Of a stretch of 64,000 nt of DNA, positions 49,355 to 62,823 are shown one piece after another. Both the position numbers and the translations under genes were made by a program. Position 1 is the stretch's first letter, and the number at the start of each line of letters is the position of its first letter. This stretch comes from Eledone cirrhosa (taxonomy: Eukaryota), in contig OZ024741.1 in the NCBI GenBank assembly GCA_964016885.1, positions 305,660,001-305,724,000 of the forward strand. Reading direction: 5' to 3'. The notes under the pieces were generated by a model. It was given only the letters and a program-made list of their open reading frames with translations. It did not search any database and was not told where the DNA came from.

Positions 49355-49686
49355 TCTCCCATGGGTACAAGCTGAAGCATATAGATAATACGCCCCCACA
49401 CCCTCCCACTGCAAAGTGGTCGTGGAGGTGCCACGGCAAAAAAGCACCCAGCCCACACTGTAAAGTGGACGTGTAGGCGCCAAGGAAAAAAAGCACCCAG
49501 CACTCACTGTAAATGAGGTTGGTGTTAGGAAGGGCATCCAGCTGTAGAAATCAAGCCAGATCAGTTCCTGTATGAGCAAGGCATGGTCAGCCGACCAGAC
49601 ACTGCCCACAACAGGACAACCCGTCTAACCCATGCTAGCATGGAAGAACGGACGTAAAATGGTGATGATGATGATGATGATGATGA
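49355..49686 (+). mobile_element. RTE 3' UTR-only insertion within (TA)n
   Basis: Nearly identical to 28790-29110. Confidence 0.85.
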
Positions 49687-49813
49687 TATATATATATATA
49701 TATATATTATCCTTGCATGTATTGCTGAGTATTCAAAACTATAGAGTCAAATACATAATGTTAAACAATGAAAGAATAAGAAAAACAAATTGAGGTAGTA
49801 ATTTATCCACTAA

Positions 49814-49884
<71 letters not shown>

Positions 49885-50244
49885 AACTAGTTTTAAAAAC
49901 AGAGAACTCAATACTTGGGATAGTAGAGTATGGCTATATTAGTAAAAGGCCGGGCCTGACTGCTGAGCTCAGATGTTAAGCTCTGACACTTTCTTATATA
50001 TATATATATATATATATATAAATTAGTGGATAAATTACTACCTCAATTTGTTTTTCTTATTCTTTCCTTGTTTAACATTATGTATTTGACTCTATAGTTT
50101 TGAATACTCAGCAACACATGCAAGGATATCATCTTTCCACAAAAACAGATAGCACTCTCTTATGACTGAATATTGAATATTCACATCGACACTACATCGA
50201 GTTCTGAGGTGGATATAAATTAGCGATATGTGAAAATTACTTAC

Positions 50245-50399
50245 AGTATTACGTTTTATGAAGTTGACTGCTTTTTGTCCATCATGTTTCTTCATCTCAC
50301 TAATAGGTTCTTCTAAAGCAACCATAACATTCTCTTTTGGATCATCTACAGTATCCTCTTTATCAAAAGACTCTAACTTCAACACACTATCAATACTTT
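50245..50399 (-). CDS. CFAP92: CFAP92-like exon
   Basis: CCAG/GTAAGT; phase 1-0; ..AVNFIKRNT; the acceptor is weak. Confidence 0.65.
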
Positions 50400-51214
50400 C
50401 TGGCTTGGCGAGATACGAGTGAGTTGGTTGGTTGACTGGTTGGTAGGTTGGGAGTCAGATGTCATATTTATAATCATATAGTGAGTCAGGGAGGAGAAGG
50501 AAAAGTGAGATACAGAAAGAATTAATATATGGACTAAAGGAGAAGTTTACATACTGACCGAAGTGACAGATAAATAATGAGAAAAATTAAGAGGCAAACA
50601 AAGAACAAATGCTAAAGTGAGGGCAAGTGCACATTCACACACACACACACACAAAGTGTTTGGCATCTGTTTATAGTGTTTATAAGAAGTTTAGGTCTTC
50701 AGCTTACCCTAATTTGGACAAATAGAGTATGCATATATGAAAATATATCTTCCTTTTCTCAAATTCTTTTCTTTTTCTTAAATCAGTTTTCTCTTAATAC
50801 AATATTTGTAGCATTTGAGTGTGAGCAATATTAATGAATCCTTTTAACCAAATACAGGTGTAGTGAATTAATTTATTTATTTACTTTTATAAATATATTC
50901 ATTTATTTTTATTATTTACCTACTGTTACCCACAATGGCAAATGTATACTCCCACAATAACTTGTCATATGATGAGTAGCACTGGTATATCTACAATTTG
51001 TTGCATTTAGTAAAATGAATGTTTAAACACACATATACACACGCATGCAAACACAAACACTCTCATACACACACATATATATACAAATATCTGTAGTAGC
51101 TGATGGCAACTTCTTTCTTTGATTTTAAGGGTTTTCACCCTATTTTATAAGCTATTTCATAACAACTCCATGCACACGAGCACACCATTCTTTATATATA
51201 TAGAGATAGACATA

Positions 51215-52135
51215 AAGCCATCATGTGGTTTTTGCCACCCTTCACGCTCAACATTAAGACTAATGTAGGTAGAAAATTAATTGCACTCTTATATTCCCAC
51301 TTCCCTGTAGGCCATAAATACTGGCAAATATTTAACCATCATACAGCGAAAATAGGCTACTCTTGTACCAGAAGCATGAAATTTCACATCACCAACAAAT
51401 GCAAAAGCCTTCAACTAAAGGATGCTCATGCAGAAGGGCAGAGGAATGCCCTCTGGACCAACAGCGCATTACTCCAGCAGTGATATATGAAGCAGAAGTG
51501 ATCTCCACAACCAGAACCACCAAACGGAAGCCTGAACTTATGTAGGAATGTCTGAGAGCTGGTTCAAAAGCCATTTCCTGAACCACAAAATGACTTTCAG
51601 ACATCCTGACAAAAAGCATACCACTCAGCTTGAAAACCATGTGTGGAACCTCAAATATAATGGCACAGCATTCTCCATTAAATGGAGGATACAGAAAAGA
51701 TCCATCCCTTACACCAAAGGGGTGAAATTGTGTCTTCTGTGTAACTTTGAAAAGTGGAATATACTCTCACAACTGTCTTCAAGGATTAAATACGTTGTTT
51801 GATTGTTTCAATCATTGTTCCCAAAAAGCGAAATTTGTTCTGGAAAATGGTCTAGGATCAATTTTTTCGACTCAACTTTTCAAATTAACCCTCGTCTCTT
51901 TGTGAAACATAGTTACCTAACTTCGTTTTTGATAGAGTTACTTCCCCTTTCATTTATAAACTTATATAGATTATTTGTCTAATCATAGGATAATTTTGGG
52001 ATTGCCTGCCCTTAGAACTTGCCTATACTTCCAAAAAATCTCCACAGATGGATGCTATTGTTATTATGACAGGCTGAGTGAGTTCGGATAAACAACCCAA
52101 TGAAATTTAAGTACCTGTATATGTCACTGTTCTAA
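51215..52135 (+). mobile_element. Penelope-like element relic (GIY-YIG endonuclease region plus terminal repeat)
   Basis: WFLPPF..KTNVG..HFP..IFN..YSC; CSCR..CPL..VIYEAEV..YVGMSE; HVWNLK..IKWRI..CLLCNFEK. Confidence 0.85.
52069..52118 (+). ncRNA. Degenerate or variant minimal hammerhead ribozyme
   Basis: ACAGG-CTGAGTGA-stem II-GAAA-TTTAAG-TA-CCTGT, downstream of the Penelope ORF. Confidence 0.55.
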
Positions 52136-52956
52136 TTGATTGTATATATATATATATCATCATCATCATCATTCCCATCACTGTTTAACATCTATTTTCC
52201 ATGCTTGCATGGGTTAAACAGGTTTCTGCATACTGCGACATACTGGTCAGGTGACCATGTCTTGCTTGTACATTCCGTTTTAGCTTCATTTCTATGGCTG
52301 GATACCCTTCATAACACAAACAACTTTACAATGTGTATTGGGAGCATTTTATCATGATTCCAGCACTAACACCTTACATTGTGGACTGGGTGATTTTTAT
52401 ATATATAATGAATTCATATATACATCTGTGGCATAAAAGGCAGCTCTTAATATCATGTCTGATGTAGCTTTTTAACCACTTCATAATAACCAAAGTTGTA
52501 ACAGAAAATTAGATGGCATTTATCTATTCCACTTGAAAAGCCAGGAATAGATTAACCCCTTCATGACTAGATTTCTTACAAAATACACATGCTATAAAAT
52601 GGGTGGTTTTGTTTCGTAGACTCCAGAGCCAGCTTTGGGTAGGTTGGTATCAAAAGGGTTAAGTGAACTAACTTCAAGTAGAATTGAAACTGGTTCTCAG
52701 TCTCAGATACCTTGCAACTTCCCTGTGTAATTCTGTGACCCGGCTCTATTGGTATTAAAAGAGTTCTAAAGTCTAAAATCTGCTTATCCCAGTTTTGTAG
52801 CGTGAAGCGACTCAGAGTACAAGACTGCTTTCCTGGACAGGATACCAGTCCATTGCAGGGTTAAACCCACAGCTATTGCTGGTACTCATTTTCAGCTGAG
52901 TATATTGAAGTGTTTTGCTTAAGAACAGAAGAGTTAAATTAATAAAATAAAATCAC

Positions 52957-53080
52957 CTTCAGTATTGAAGTCTTCTTTTGATATAGGTGAACCAAATAGT
53001 TTAATCAATGATTGTAGCATATCTGGACTTGGTAAAATATTACAAGACACAGCTTCTGTTAATCGCTTACATTCAAGCAG
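52957..53080 (-). CDS. CFAP92: CFAP92-like exon
   Basis: TTTGCAG/GTGATT; phase 0-1; LLECKRLTEAVSCNILPSPDMLQSLIKLFGSP. Confidence 0.8.
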
Positions 53081-54130
53081 CTGCAAAGTAAATGTATTTA
53101 CACACATATATATATATATATATAATCAACATCGTTTAAGTTCACTTGCTCTACTAACAAGGGTTGTATGGGTCATCACAAACCAAATCAATACCTAATC
53201 AGAGCCACAGACCTCTCTGACGGGCCTTCATTTTACTTACATGCATTCATGTATTCTAAATATATATCAACATCATCATCAAAATTATTTTGCATCCCCA
53301 TTTTCTATGATTGCATGCTGGGATGAAACACATTTTGAGACAGGTTTTCTACAGCCAGATGCCATTTCTGACACTATGTTCTCCCTCTCTTTTGAAAATG
53401 TAAAACAGTGAAGAATATAAACACCATTGAGAAAACAGGCAATAAGTAATGCTGAAGAAATGAAGTCCCTTGACATACAGTAAGTTATAAATACACTTTT
53501 GTGACTTTCATTATGATAAATGCTATGAACCAATGATTGGTTCATTGTAAAACTAGCAATCATAGGGCCAGCACTACCATTAATGTCAAATAGGAGGCCA
53601 CCTAGTGTTCAAATTTCATAAAGGTATATTACTAAACCTTGAAAGATTTTATTCGTATAATTAAATATACTAGCAGAAAAACGATCCTTTGGGTGGTTTT
53701 CTGCTAGCATGTGTAGTGTGCATATTGATATTATATGCAAATTTATATGCATGTAGATATGATACATCAAATAAAATCGTAATTGACAATATGCACAGAA
53801 ATTGAAGAGAGATTGTGTTAGACTGTCTTCTGTAATGAGTAAGGTAATAGATGATAGATTTAAAAAAGATAATATTATATACAAACTGCATTACGGTGAA
53901 ATGCAATGAAATCGAAAAAGGAGAAAATTAGCAACAGAAATATAAACATTATGATATAACGATGCAAATATATGAACGTTTATATAAGCGATATAATATA
54001 GCATCCATTGTGGTGGGGGTTGGTGGTAGTATATTAAATATCAAATAATACATTATTTATAAATATAGCAAAATAAAAAAGATATAATATTTATTTATAC
54101 ATAGTATATATTATTATTTATTATATATAA

Positions 54131-54320
54131 GGGCGGTGGATTGGCAGTATCGGTAGAGGGTCGGACGCCATGCTTTCCAGCATAGTTACGTCCCTTTACG
54201 ATCTGAGTTCAAATCCCGCCGAGGTTGACTTTGCCTTTCATCCTTACGGGGTTGATAAAATAAAAGTACCAGTAATGCACTGGGTAATTGCTGGCCTTGT
54301 GCCTAAAGTAGAAACAATTA
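54131..54320 (+). mobile_element. Full-length tRNA-derived SINE
   Basis: GGGCGGTGGATTGGCAGTATCGG..GAGTTCAAATCCC. Confidence 0.85.
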
Positions 54321-54889
54321 TATCATAACCGGAAGTATTGACATTTGAAAATGTTAAAAGAAGTGAATCTTAAAATAAGCAATCATTATATATAAGAATA
54401 TTTATGCTTAATCAACAGCTATGAAATTTAGTACATAAATTATGTAATATTCATTCATGTTTTATTCAAAGTAATTCAACTATTTTTACTAACGGGATAA
54501 AAAAATATATTCAGGACACAGTCCCGCACTCCTCCCTTTATTATATTATGACAATAATGTAGCAATGGTGTGGAAATATCTAAAGCAGTAGAGAGGGTCA
54601 TATGGTATATATACTAAACACATGCACACACTCACACACACATATATATATATATGTATAATGGCCAAATGCTGTTTTAACAGCATTTGGCTTTCTTATT
54701 GCTAAATAGGTGTTGGCAATATAATTTAACAAAAGATTCTCACATAAAATTATGTGGAAATTTAAATATTAACAATTTAAAACAGCTGTTTTTTTATCTC
54801 AAAGAACCAAAAGCTGTCTCAGGCTGGTTGTTATCAAAAGGATTAAATTGGAAATTCTTATCATAGGGGTGTGCATGTATTTATGTTAA

Positions 54890-55240
54890 GGTACATGATG
54901 TAGTGGTTAGGGGCTGAGTTTATAATCATATGATTATGAGATCCATTCCCAGACTGAGCAGCACATTGTGTCCTTGAGCAAGGCACTTTATTTTATGTTG
55001 TTCCAGTTCCCTCAGCTGGAAACAATGAGTTGTGATGATACTGGTGCCAAGCTGTATCAGCCTTTGCCTTTCCCTTTGACAACATCATTTTATACAGAGG
55101 GGAAACTTGCATGCATAGGCAACTGCTGGTCTTCCACAAAACTCTCTGCCCAGGCTTGTGCCTCAAAGAGGAAATCCTATGGTCAGTCCATTAATGGATG
55201 TAAAACATATGGCCATTCATGACCAAAGGGAGCCCTCATG
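54890..55240 (+). mobile_element. tRNA-derived SINE (second family)
   Basis: TGTAGTGGTTAG head; TGTGTCCTTGAGCAAGGCACTTTATTT body. Confidence 0.65.
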
Positions 55241-55327
55241 ACCAAAGGGAGCCCTCCTCCCCACCTCTCTGTTTATATCATAGATGATATGAAATGCTAC
55301 ATATATGCATAATTATAATTAACATAC

Positions 55328-55509
55328 CTGAGAGAGATTTATCAAAGCATCAAAACATGGTCGTGGAACAACACCCCTCACATATAAAAGAGATTGTTCA
55401 AGAATCTTTGACAGTGGTAAAATCAGTTCAATTTTCAAAATATTCACATTAAATGAAGCATAGAGACGTTCAGCACATGAAAAATCTGAACTGTAAAGCA
55501 TGGTAAACC
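55328..55509 (-). CDS. CFAP92: CFAP92-like exon
   Basis: TTACAG/GTATGT; phase 1-0; MLYSSDFSCAERLY..PLSKILEQSLLYVRGVVPRPCFDAL. Confidence 0.82.
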
Positions 55510-57605
55510 CTGTAACCAAAAAAGGACAACTGTATAAATCACTTTCATTAATCGCCCTCCTCCTTCTCTTCATCATCACCATCATCAACTACTGCAGCCT
55601 TCACTCACAATCAAGTATGATATGGTAATATGTATATTATGCTTTTGTTAAGGGTTTTAGGTGCCCATGCAGTTGTGAGCAAACATTAGACAACTTCTCG
55701 ATCTTCCCTTCTTTTATCCAGTGGAATATCAATGATATGCCAGCCATAAGCTGTTACTTTCATTATCAACACTAAAAGGATTTGAGAGATTTACTAAAAT
55801 TTATTATTATTTTATTGTTAAGGTAGTACCTATAACAAATTGTTCTTATCTAAAATCATGCTGAAAGGTTTTAATTTAAATAGGTGGTTTTGTTTCATTG
55901 AACCAGAGCCAATTTTGGCTAGGTTGATATCAAAAGGCTTAAGAATCCATGCCAAACCTATGATTATTTAACATGGGATGGGCCATAATACTGATGATGG
56001 TGAACTACTACTTAATGACGATGATGTACAACTTACATAAGTGATATGAAAAGCCATAGGAGTGTTTGAAATTTGAAAATATGATAGTCAAAAATGTATA
56101 AAATAACTAATAACTGTCAATCACTATAAATAAAAGTTGAAAAAATTGGGTAAATTACCCATAAAGACAGAAAAAGTGGAGAGAGACACCAAGGTGCCAG
56201 GCACATCCATCCATTTCCCCTATCTCTATGGATAATTTAATCAGTTTTCTCAACTATTATCTATAGTGATCAACTGTTTTTACAGTTACTTTTTGCATTT
56301 AGGACTCACACATTTACATAAGAGATGTCTATATCCACATTGGTATCTATTGCAGAAAATATAACTAATTCTATGTGTCAGTAACCTAGCTGTTAGGGAA
56401 TAAATACTGAAGCTTCGCAAACATTTTACAGCCTGACATCTTATTTGGGGGAAGGAGGGAGTATTTTTTCTCACATCTGCTTAATGCTACAGATTTTGGA
56501 GGGGGCAACTTGTCTTGTGAGATCTATTATTAGGAGACAAAATAAAACTATAATGCTTTAAAGGCTTGCAGTAAGGAACAACTTTGGTTTCCTTAAAATC
56601 TCAGTGGATAAATCTTTTACTTATTTCGGATCATCATCATCATCATCATCACTTTACGTCCATTTTTCATGCTGGCATGCGTTGGATTGGTCTTCATGGT
56701 TTGAGATTAAATGGGCCAGAAAACCACATTTTGTTCATATGTTCCATATTTGGCAACGTTTCTACAGCTGGATGCTCTTCATAATGCCAATCCCTTTACA
56801 GAGTGTATTGGGTTCATTTTATCATGACACCAGCACTATCTCTTTACAGAGTGTACTGGGTGAATTTTATAATGGCATTAGAGAGGTTATCAAAAATGTC
56901 ATCTCTAACTTACTTGTCTTGGTTTGATCATCAAACACTTTACAAAAGTACTAAGTGTATTCCATTGTGACACCAACCCTAGAAAGGTCGCTTTGTCTTT
57001 TCATTCAGTCACTGGTCTTCCACCACATTTACTTTTAGCCTCACAGTGCTTGTAGTGATCGGTATGTCTTTTCCAGTATGGCAAATCATCAGTCAACACA
57101 ATCTTGCATCATCTCCTTCACGAGTTTCAGTATCTTGAGGTCATTCTTCAAAACGTTGTCCCATGTCTTCCTTGGTCTTCCTCATTCACAGACTTTGTCT
57201 ACTTTGGGACTCTTGATAAGTAAAACTTTTATAACTAGCTTGGTTCAATATTTCCCACTGGCAGTTAACATATAGTGAAGCAAATGAAAGGAGTAAACAA
57301 GCTTTCATTTCCAACATTATCACTACTTTATGTATATTACACATGCTTCGATATCACTACAATTTAAAAAAAAAAAGGAAAAGAGCTGATTGTCAAATCA
57401 GACCAAGGAAACAATGTCTCTGTTGGACTTTCCATTACTGATACTATTTGCTGGTTGCAACTCCTGGCAGAAACACCACTGCTTTTCTGATGATAGGATG
57501 CAGGATTTGAACTCAGAATGCACATAACCAGAATAGATGCCACAAAACACTTGCAGCAAGTTTTATTCTTAGGATCTAGATATAAAAATGTGAGTAGGGT
57601 CTTAC

Positions 57606-57748
57606 CAACAATATCTGTACATTGATATAGTCTAGTAATTTTAAATAGAGCTCTGTGTTGGAGTCCTTCAATGACAATTAAGTGCATAGCTTGGTCTATG
57701 AAATGGAACCCAGTGATCATGTCTAACTGACGATCGGCTGCCTGTTGG
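57606..57748 (-). CDS. CFAP92: CFAP92-like exon
   Basis: T10-AATGCAG/GTAAG; phase 2-1; LDMITGFHFIDQAMHLIVIEGL. Confidence 0.85.
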
Positions 57749-58647
57749 CTGCATTAAAAAAAAAACATAGGAGCATTGTTAAGACAGCTGTAGTACAAGA
57801 TTTTGTTACTATATTTCTAATGAAAAACACTTCCTATTATTTAGATCATTTTCAAAATAATCAAGAATTTGGAGAGATTTCATCATCATCCTCATTTAGC
57901 ATTTGCTTTCCCTGCTAGCAAGGGTTGGACGGGTCTACATAGACCAAGTCAGTACTGAAATGGGGCTACTGACATCCCAGACACGCCGAGGAAGTCTGTA
58001 TCACACTTACATATAGTCATTATCGAGTGCAGAGAAGTTGTCGTGTCTTTTGACACAAACTGACGGATCCTCCTAGCCCCTTGTTTGGCAAGCTTTCTAT
58101 GGTTGGATACTCTTCCTAACACCAACTACTTAACAGTGTGTATTGGGTGCTTTTATTGTGTAGATCACCAGCTCTAGGGAGGGTGTCATGTCCTTGACAT
58201 AACTAAAGGATCCTCTCAAGACTTTGTTTGCCAAACTTTCTACGACTGGATGCCCTTCCTATCATCAACCACTTTACAGCATGTACTGGTTTGTTTATTG
58301 TGTAGATCACCAATACTACAGTGGTTGTTGTGCTTTTGAAACAGCTGAAGGATCCTCTCAAGATTTAGTTATATAATTAACTTTGTCATTATCAAGATGA
58401 TGTTTGGAACATAAGTTAACAAAGGTTCATAAATAAAATTATGATGGAAGCTTTTTAGATAAATACAATCAGTTTTGCATTGTAGAACCTGGGGCAAATT
58501 TAGGCAATTTGGCATCAAAAGGGTTAAGAAGTTATGTTAATTTCAATCAGTTTAAAATCTCTCGATATAAATTAATTTGGATTCTCAGGGATTCCTATAC
58601 CATATACATATCAAATCCTGTACCAGATTTAGACATGGTGAAGCCTT

Positions 58648-58834
58648 AACCCTTTAGCATTTAAACCAGCTGTATCTGACCAGAATTCTCTCACTTCTTT
58701 CTGTTCAAACCAGTTGTAACCAGCTGCTCATACTTGTGTTAAGGTATTGTTTTCAAAATAAATAATATTAAAATCTCATATATTCAATATTATGTAATGG
58801 TAAATATACAGTAATGTAAATTCTAAAGGATTAA
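58648..58834. mobile_element. TTAA MITE
   Basis: TTAACCCTTTAGC..CTAAAGGATTAA. Confidence 0.7.
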
Positions 58835-59199
58835 GTTATATAAAGCTGGGTGAACTCTTGCTAAAAATTGATGCAAGAAGCTCACAAATTTGAAAACATC
58901 TATGCCTTTTAAATTTTAGAAAGGGAGTATTGGATATTCACAGAACATCTTGTTGATTCTTTGGACGCCAATCTGATATACCAGCTGATACCACTTTGAT
59001 AGCCCTTGTCTGAACTCCAGAAAAATGTAGCAGGAGAGACCTCTTTTATGGGCACTATCTGGGACCATAACAATGAAATGAAGAATAGCAGTGTCATTAT
59101 AGTAAAAATGATAAAAAAAGAAAACCAGATTTACAAAAACTAAAATCAACTCAACTCAACTAACATTAGTGACTGAATCTGAAGATTTCTTATACATAC

Positions 59200-59360
59200 G
59201 TGGTCAGGATTAAAGTTGAGAGTATAGCAATAAGGACATGGTTTGCAACATTATCAATGCCAAGTGAGATTCCATTCAGCCTGGCAATCACTAGCAGGAC
59301 ATCTTTGACATACTCTGAATTCTTTTCATGAATCTTGAATATCACTCTACTGAAGGGATA
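59200..59360 (-). CDS. CFAP92: CFAP92-like exon
   Basis: TTTTATATAG/GTATGT; phase 0-2; YPFSRVIFKIHEKN..LNGISLGID..ILST. Confidence 0.82.
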
Positions 59361-60640
59361 CTATATAAAAGAGAAAAAATGTAATGAGCCTCACTGGCAT
59401 CATTGTCTACCTCTTCCTCCTCCTCCTCATCATCATAAGTTGTATATTTAGCATAAGTTTCTACAACTAGATGCCCTTTATAATGCCATCAACTGAGTGT
59501 ACCAGGTACATTTTATTGTGGAATCAGCACTACCACTTTATAGAGTGTACAGAGTGCATTTTATCAAGCTAATGGTAAATATAGAATAGCTAAACATCAT
59601 CTTCGGTGGTAGACTTAACCCATCATCTTATTTAACACCACCAATTAGCTCTTGGTTGCTCTTAGCAGAATTGATTCCATTGTAAGCATTTGGATCAGGT
59701 ATCTGGTTTGAGAACATCTTTCTACACACCCTACTCCCATTGGTCTCAGGGGCCATGAAAAGGGTCATGGGCATTGCCTTTCATTCCTTAACTAAAAAGT
59801 AAAAGAATACCTTCAGAAAAATCCCATCAAAGATGTTGCAAATATTTAAACCAGGTCTCTGGTTTCAGGATGCCTACTTCCTCCTTTCCTATATAGCTCA
59901 CTCATTCCTTTCCTCCTCCTTACCTACACCCTTATCTTTCCTATTTATCTTCCTCCTCTGCCTACCTCCCTACTTTAATGAACTGAAACAACTTGAAATG
60001 AAATGCCTTGATCAAAGAAACACTGTGCCACCCAGTCTTGGAATCAAACCTATGGTCTGATATAACAGTAATAAGCCCAGACACTTTCTCATCAAACAAT
60101 GACAAGTTAAAATACTGTTGTGGTGGCTTGGTATTTGTTTTGGCTCTCTGAGCTCTATGTTTAAATCTCATCAAGGTCAACTTTGCCTTTCACCCTTTTT
60201 GATATTGATAAATAATGTACCAGTCCAGGGGTGCAGTGGATTGGTGTAATAGTTAGAAAGCCAGATAGGATGTTTTGCAGTATTTGATCAGGCTCTGTAA
60301 ATTCTGAGGAGTTGTAATTGGTAGATAGTATCAACAACAGAAAGACCAATAGGAATGTAAGAAACAGTTTCCTTGAATTGAACTGACAATCAGCTCCTTG
60401 ATTTGATTTTATATTTCAAAGTTTTTCTTTGTGTATCCAATCTAACATATTCCATATCCCTGTGTGTTGCTGTAGCCAACTAAAAGGGTTGGTGCCAGGA
60501 AGGGTATATGGCTGACTCAAGAAAAGGAGATAATGGTATATATGAAGTCTATTATTAGGCCTGCAAAGCTAACTCCTGCTTGAACAGGGAAAATGGCCTT
60601 AAACCAATTGTTGTTGTTCAAATTGCTATTTTGTACTCAC

Positions 60641-60765
60641 CTGGCTGCTTGGAATGGTTGCTTTCCTGGATAGTGGTTCAGTTTTAACACTAAATGGGTA
60701 GGCCAGCTTTACAGTGACTTTTAAAACTGAGTTGCACTCGATATATTTTGGGGTTGACAACACTG
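60641..60765 (-). CDS. CFAP92: CFAP92-like exon
   Basis: TAG(CAG)/GTGAGT; phase 1-0; KYIECNSVLKVTVKLAYPF. Confidence 0.8.
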
Positions 60766-60794
60766 CTATAAATACACAAGTAGAACAATACAGA

Positions 60795-61275
60795 GGTGGT
60801 GGTGGTGGTAGTCATTATTGTTGTTGTGGTAGTGTTAGTGGTGGTAGTGCTTGTTGTTTTTGTGGTGGTGGAGATGGTGAATATGATTTTTGTTGTTGTG
60901 GCAGTGGTGGTGGAGGTAGTAGTGATTGTTGTTGTGGTAGTGATGTGATTATTGTTGTTGTTATAGTGCTGGTGGTGGTAGTGAAGGTGGTAGTGATGCT
61001 GTTCTTGTTATTGCTGTGGTGATTGTTGTTGTTCTTCAGGTAGAGGTGGTGGTGGTTGTTGGGATGGTGGTGGTAAATATTGTTGTTGCTGTTGTTTTAC
61101 TAATGGTGTAGATGGTGTTTATTGTTGTGGCGGCTGTGGTAGTAATACTGTCATGGTGATTGTTGTTGTGGTGGTAGTGGCAGTGGTGATGTTAGTGATG
61201 ATGATGATGATAAAGGCAATGATAACGAAAACAATCATCCTCATGATGATGATAATGTTCATCATCATGGTCATC
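60795..61275. repeat. GGT/GTT/GAT low-complexity tract
   Basis: Visible directly. Confidence 0.9.
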
Positions 61276-61621
61276 ATTTTTTACGTTCACTTTTTTATGC
61301 CTGCATGGGTTGGAATGAGACTTTTTGAGGCTAGGTTCCTATGACCAGATCTCCTTTCTGATACCAACCCATACCTTATTCTAAATATGCCACTGACATT
61401 CACTGAACCATAACACTACAGGACATATTGTTTACAGGGGACATAAACAATTGTACTAATTTTTAATAAATGGTGTCCACAGGTACTAAATACATTAGTA
61501 GAGTATAGGTATATTCATTTTATTATAGAAATTACTTCTACAGGACTAAAACTGTTTCATTCATAGGAAACCATCATTCCTACTGTTCAAACCTGGTTTT
61601 AACTCTCCATATCATCGCTAT

Positions 61622-61850
61622 TTAACCCTTTAGCATTTACATTACACTATATTCCCTATTATATTTTCATGGTAAAGGCTTTACCTCACATAATTATCTC
61701 ACATAATATTGAATCTATGAGATTTTAATATTATTTATTTTGAGAACAATGCTTTAACATCAGTATGAGTGGCCGGTTACAGCCAGTTTGAACAGAAAGA
61801 GGTGAGAGAATTCTGGTTGGATACGGCCGGTTTAAATGCTAAAGGATTAA
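61622..61850. mobile_element. TTAA MITE
   Basis: TTAACCCTTTAGCATTT..AAATGCTAAAGGATTAA. Confidence 0.72.
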
Positions 61851-62823
61851 ATAAAGGTGCTACCCATCATAAAAAGAGATATCTTGGCCCTGTATGTACT
61901 CACCAATCTTATGGATCTACATCCTCTTCTTTTTCTCTTCACCACATCTCACTCTCAACTACCACTCACAGCCCTCCTGTTTTTTGAAGACTGGCTCCAT
62001 AATACCTGACTTGCACACACGCACTCTTTCTCTTTTCCTGTCATGAGTGATAGTTCTCTGAGCAATGGATAGCTGCTTCTATCAGAGCCACTTTCACCAT
62101 GTTTTTTTTCTCCCCTTCCACTAATCCAAACAATGCCTCTTTTTGCTTAAGTGTTAATGCCATAGTGGAATGCAAACATTGCATTCTTTATATGGTGGCA
62201 CTTATGCTACAATGCATCCAGTCCCCTCTGTAAAATACAAGTGCTGGTCCCATGATAAAATTCACCCAGCCCACTCTGTAAAGTGGTCATACTAGAGCTA
62301 TAATAAAATGCACCCAGCCCACCCTGTAAAATGGTAGGGCCAGTGTCATGATAAAATGCACCTAGTGCCCTTGGTAAAGTGGTAGTGCTGATGCCATGAT
62401 AAAATACACCCAGTACACCTAGTACACAAGATGTGAACACCTAACCTGTCTAGTCTCAGAACATCAAAGTTTGTTTAACTCATGTCAGTGTGGAAAATCG
62501 ACTTAAAATGGTGATGATGTTGATGATTTTATATATGATGAGTTTCATTATAGTTTCAGTCAACCAAATTCATTCACAAGGCATTGGCCAGCCTGGGTAT
62601 TAGCAGAAAACATTTGCCCATGGTACCATACAGTGGGACTGAACACAAAACCGTGTAGTTACAAAAAGAACTTCTTAACCAAACAGCTATGCCTGTGTCT
62701 ATGATGACAGTAAAAAATGTGTTTTACTGCACCAGTAGATGACAGGGTGAACTTTTAGCAGACCAATGAAATAAGTAAAAGCAGAAACCATGAAGAAAAA
62801 AGTAGTAATAGCTGGTTAGTTAC

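Noticed and set aside
54131-54225. tRNA genes at SINE heads
   Set aside because: A and B boxes are too far apart, there is no cloverleaf, and they are always attached to SINE bodies.
58909-59149. Extra exon of the CFAP92-like gene
   Set aside because: The flanking exons already join in phase, and no homology motif is recognisable.
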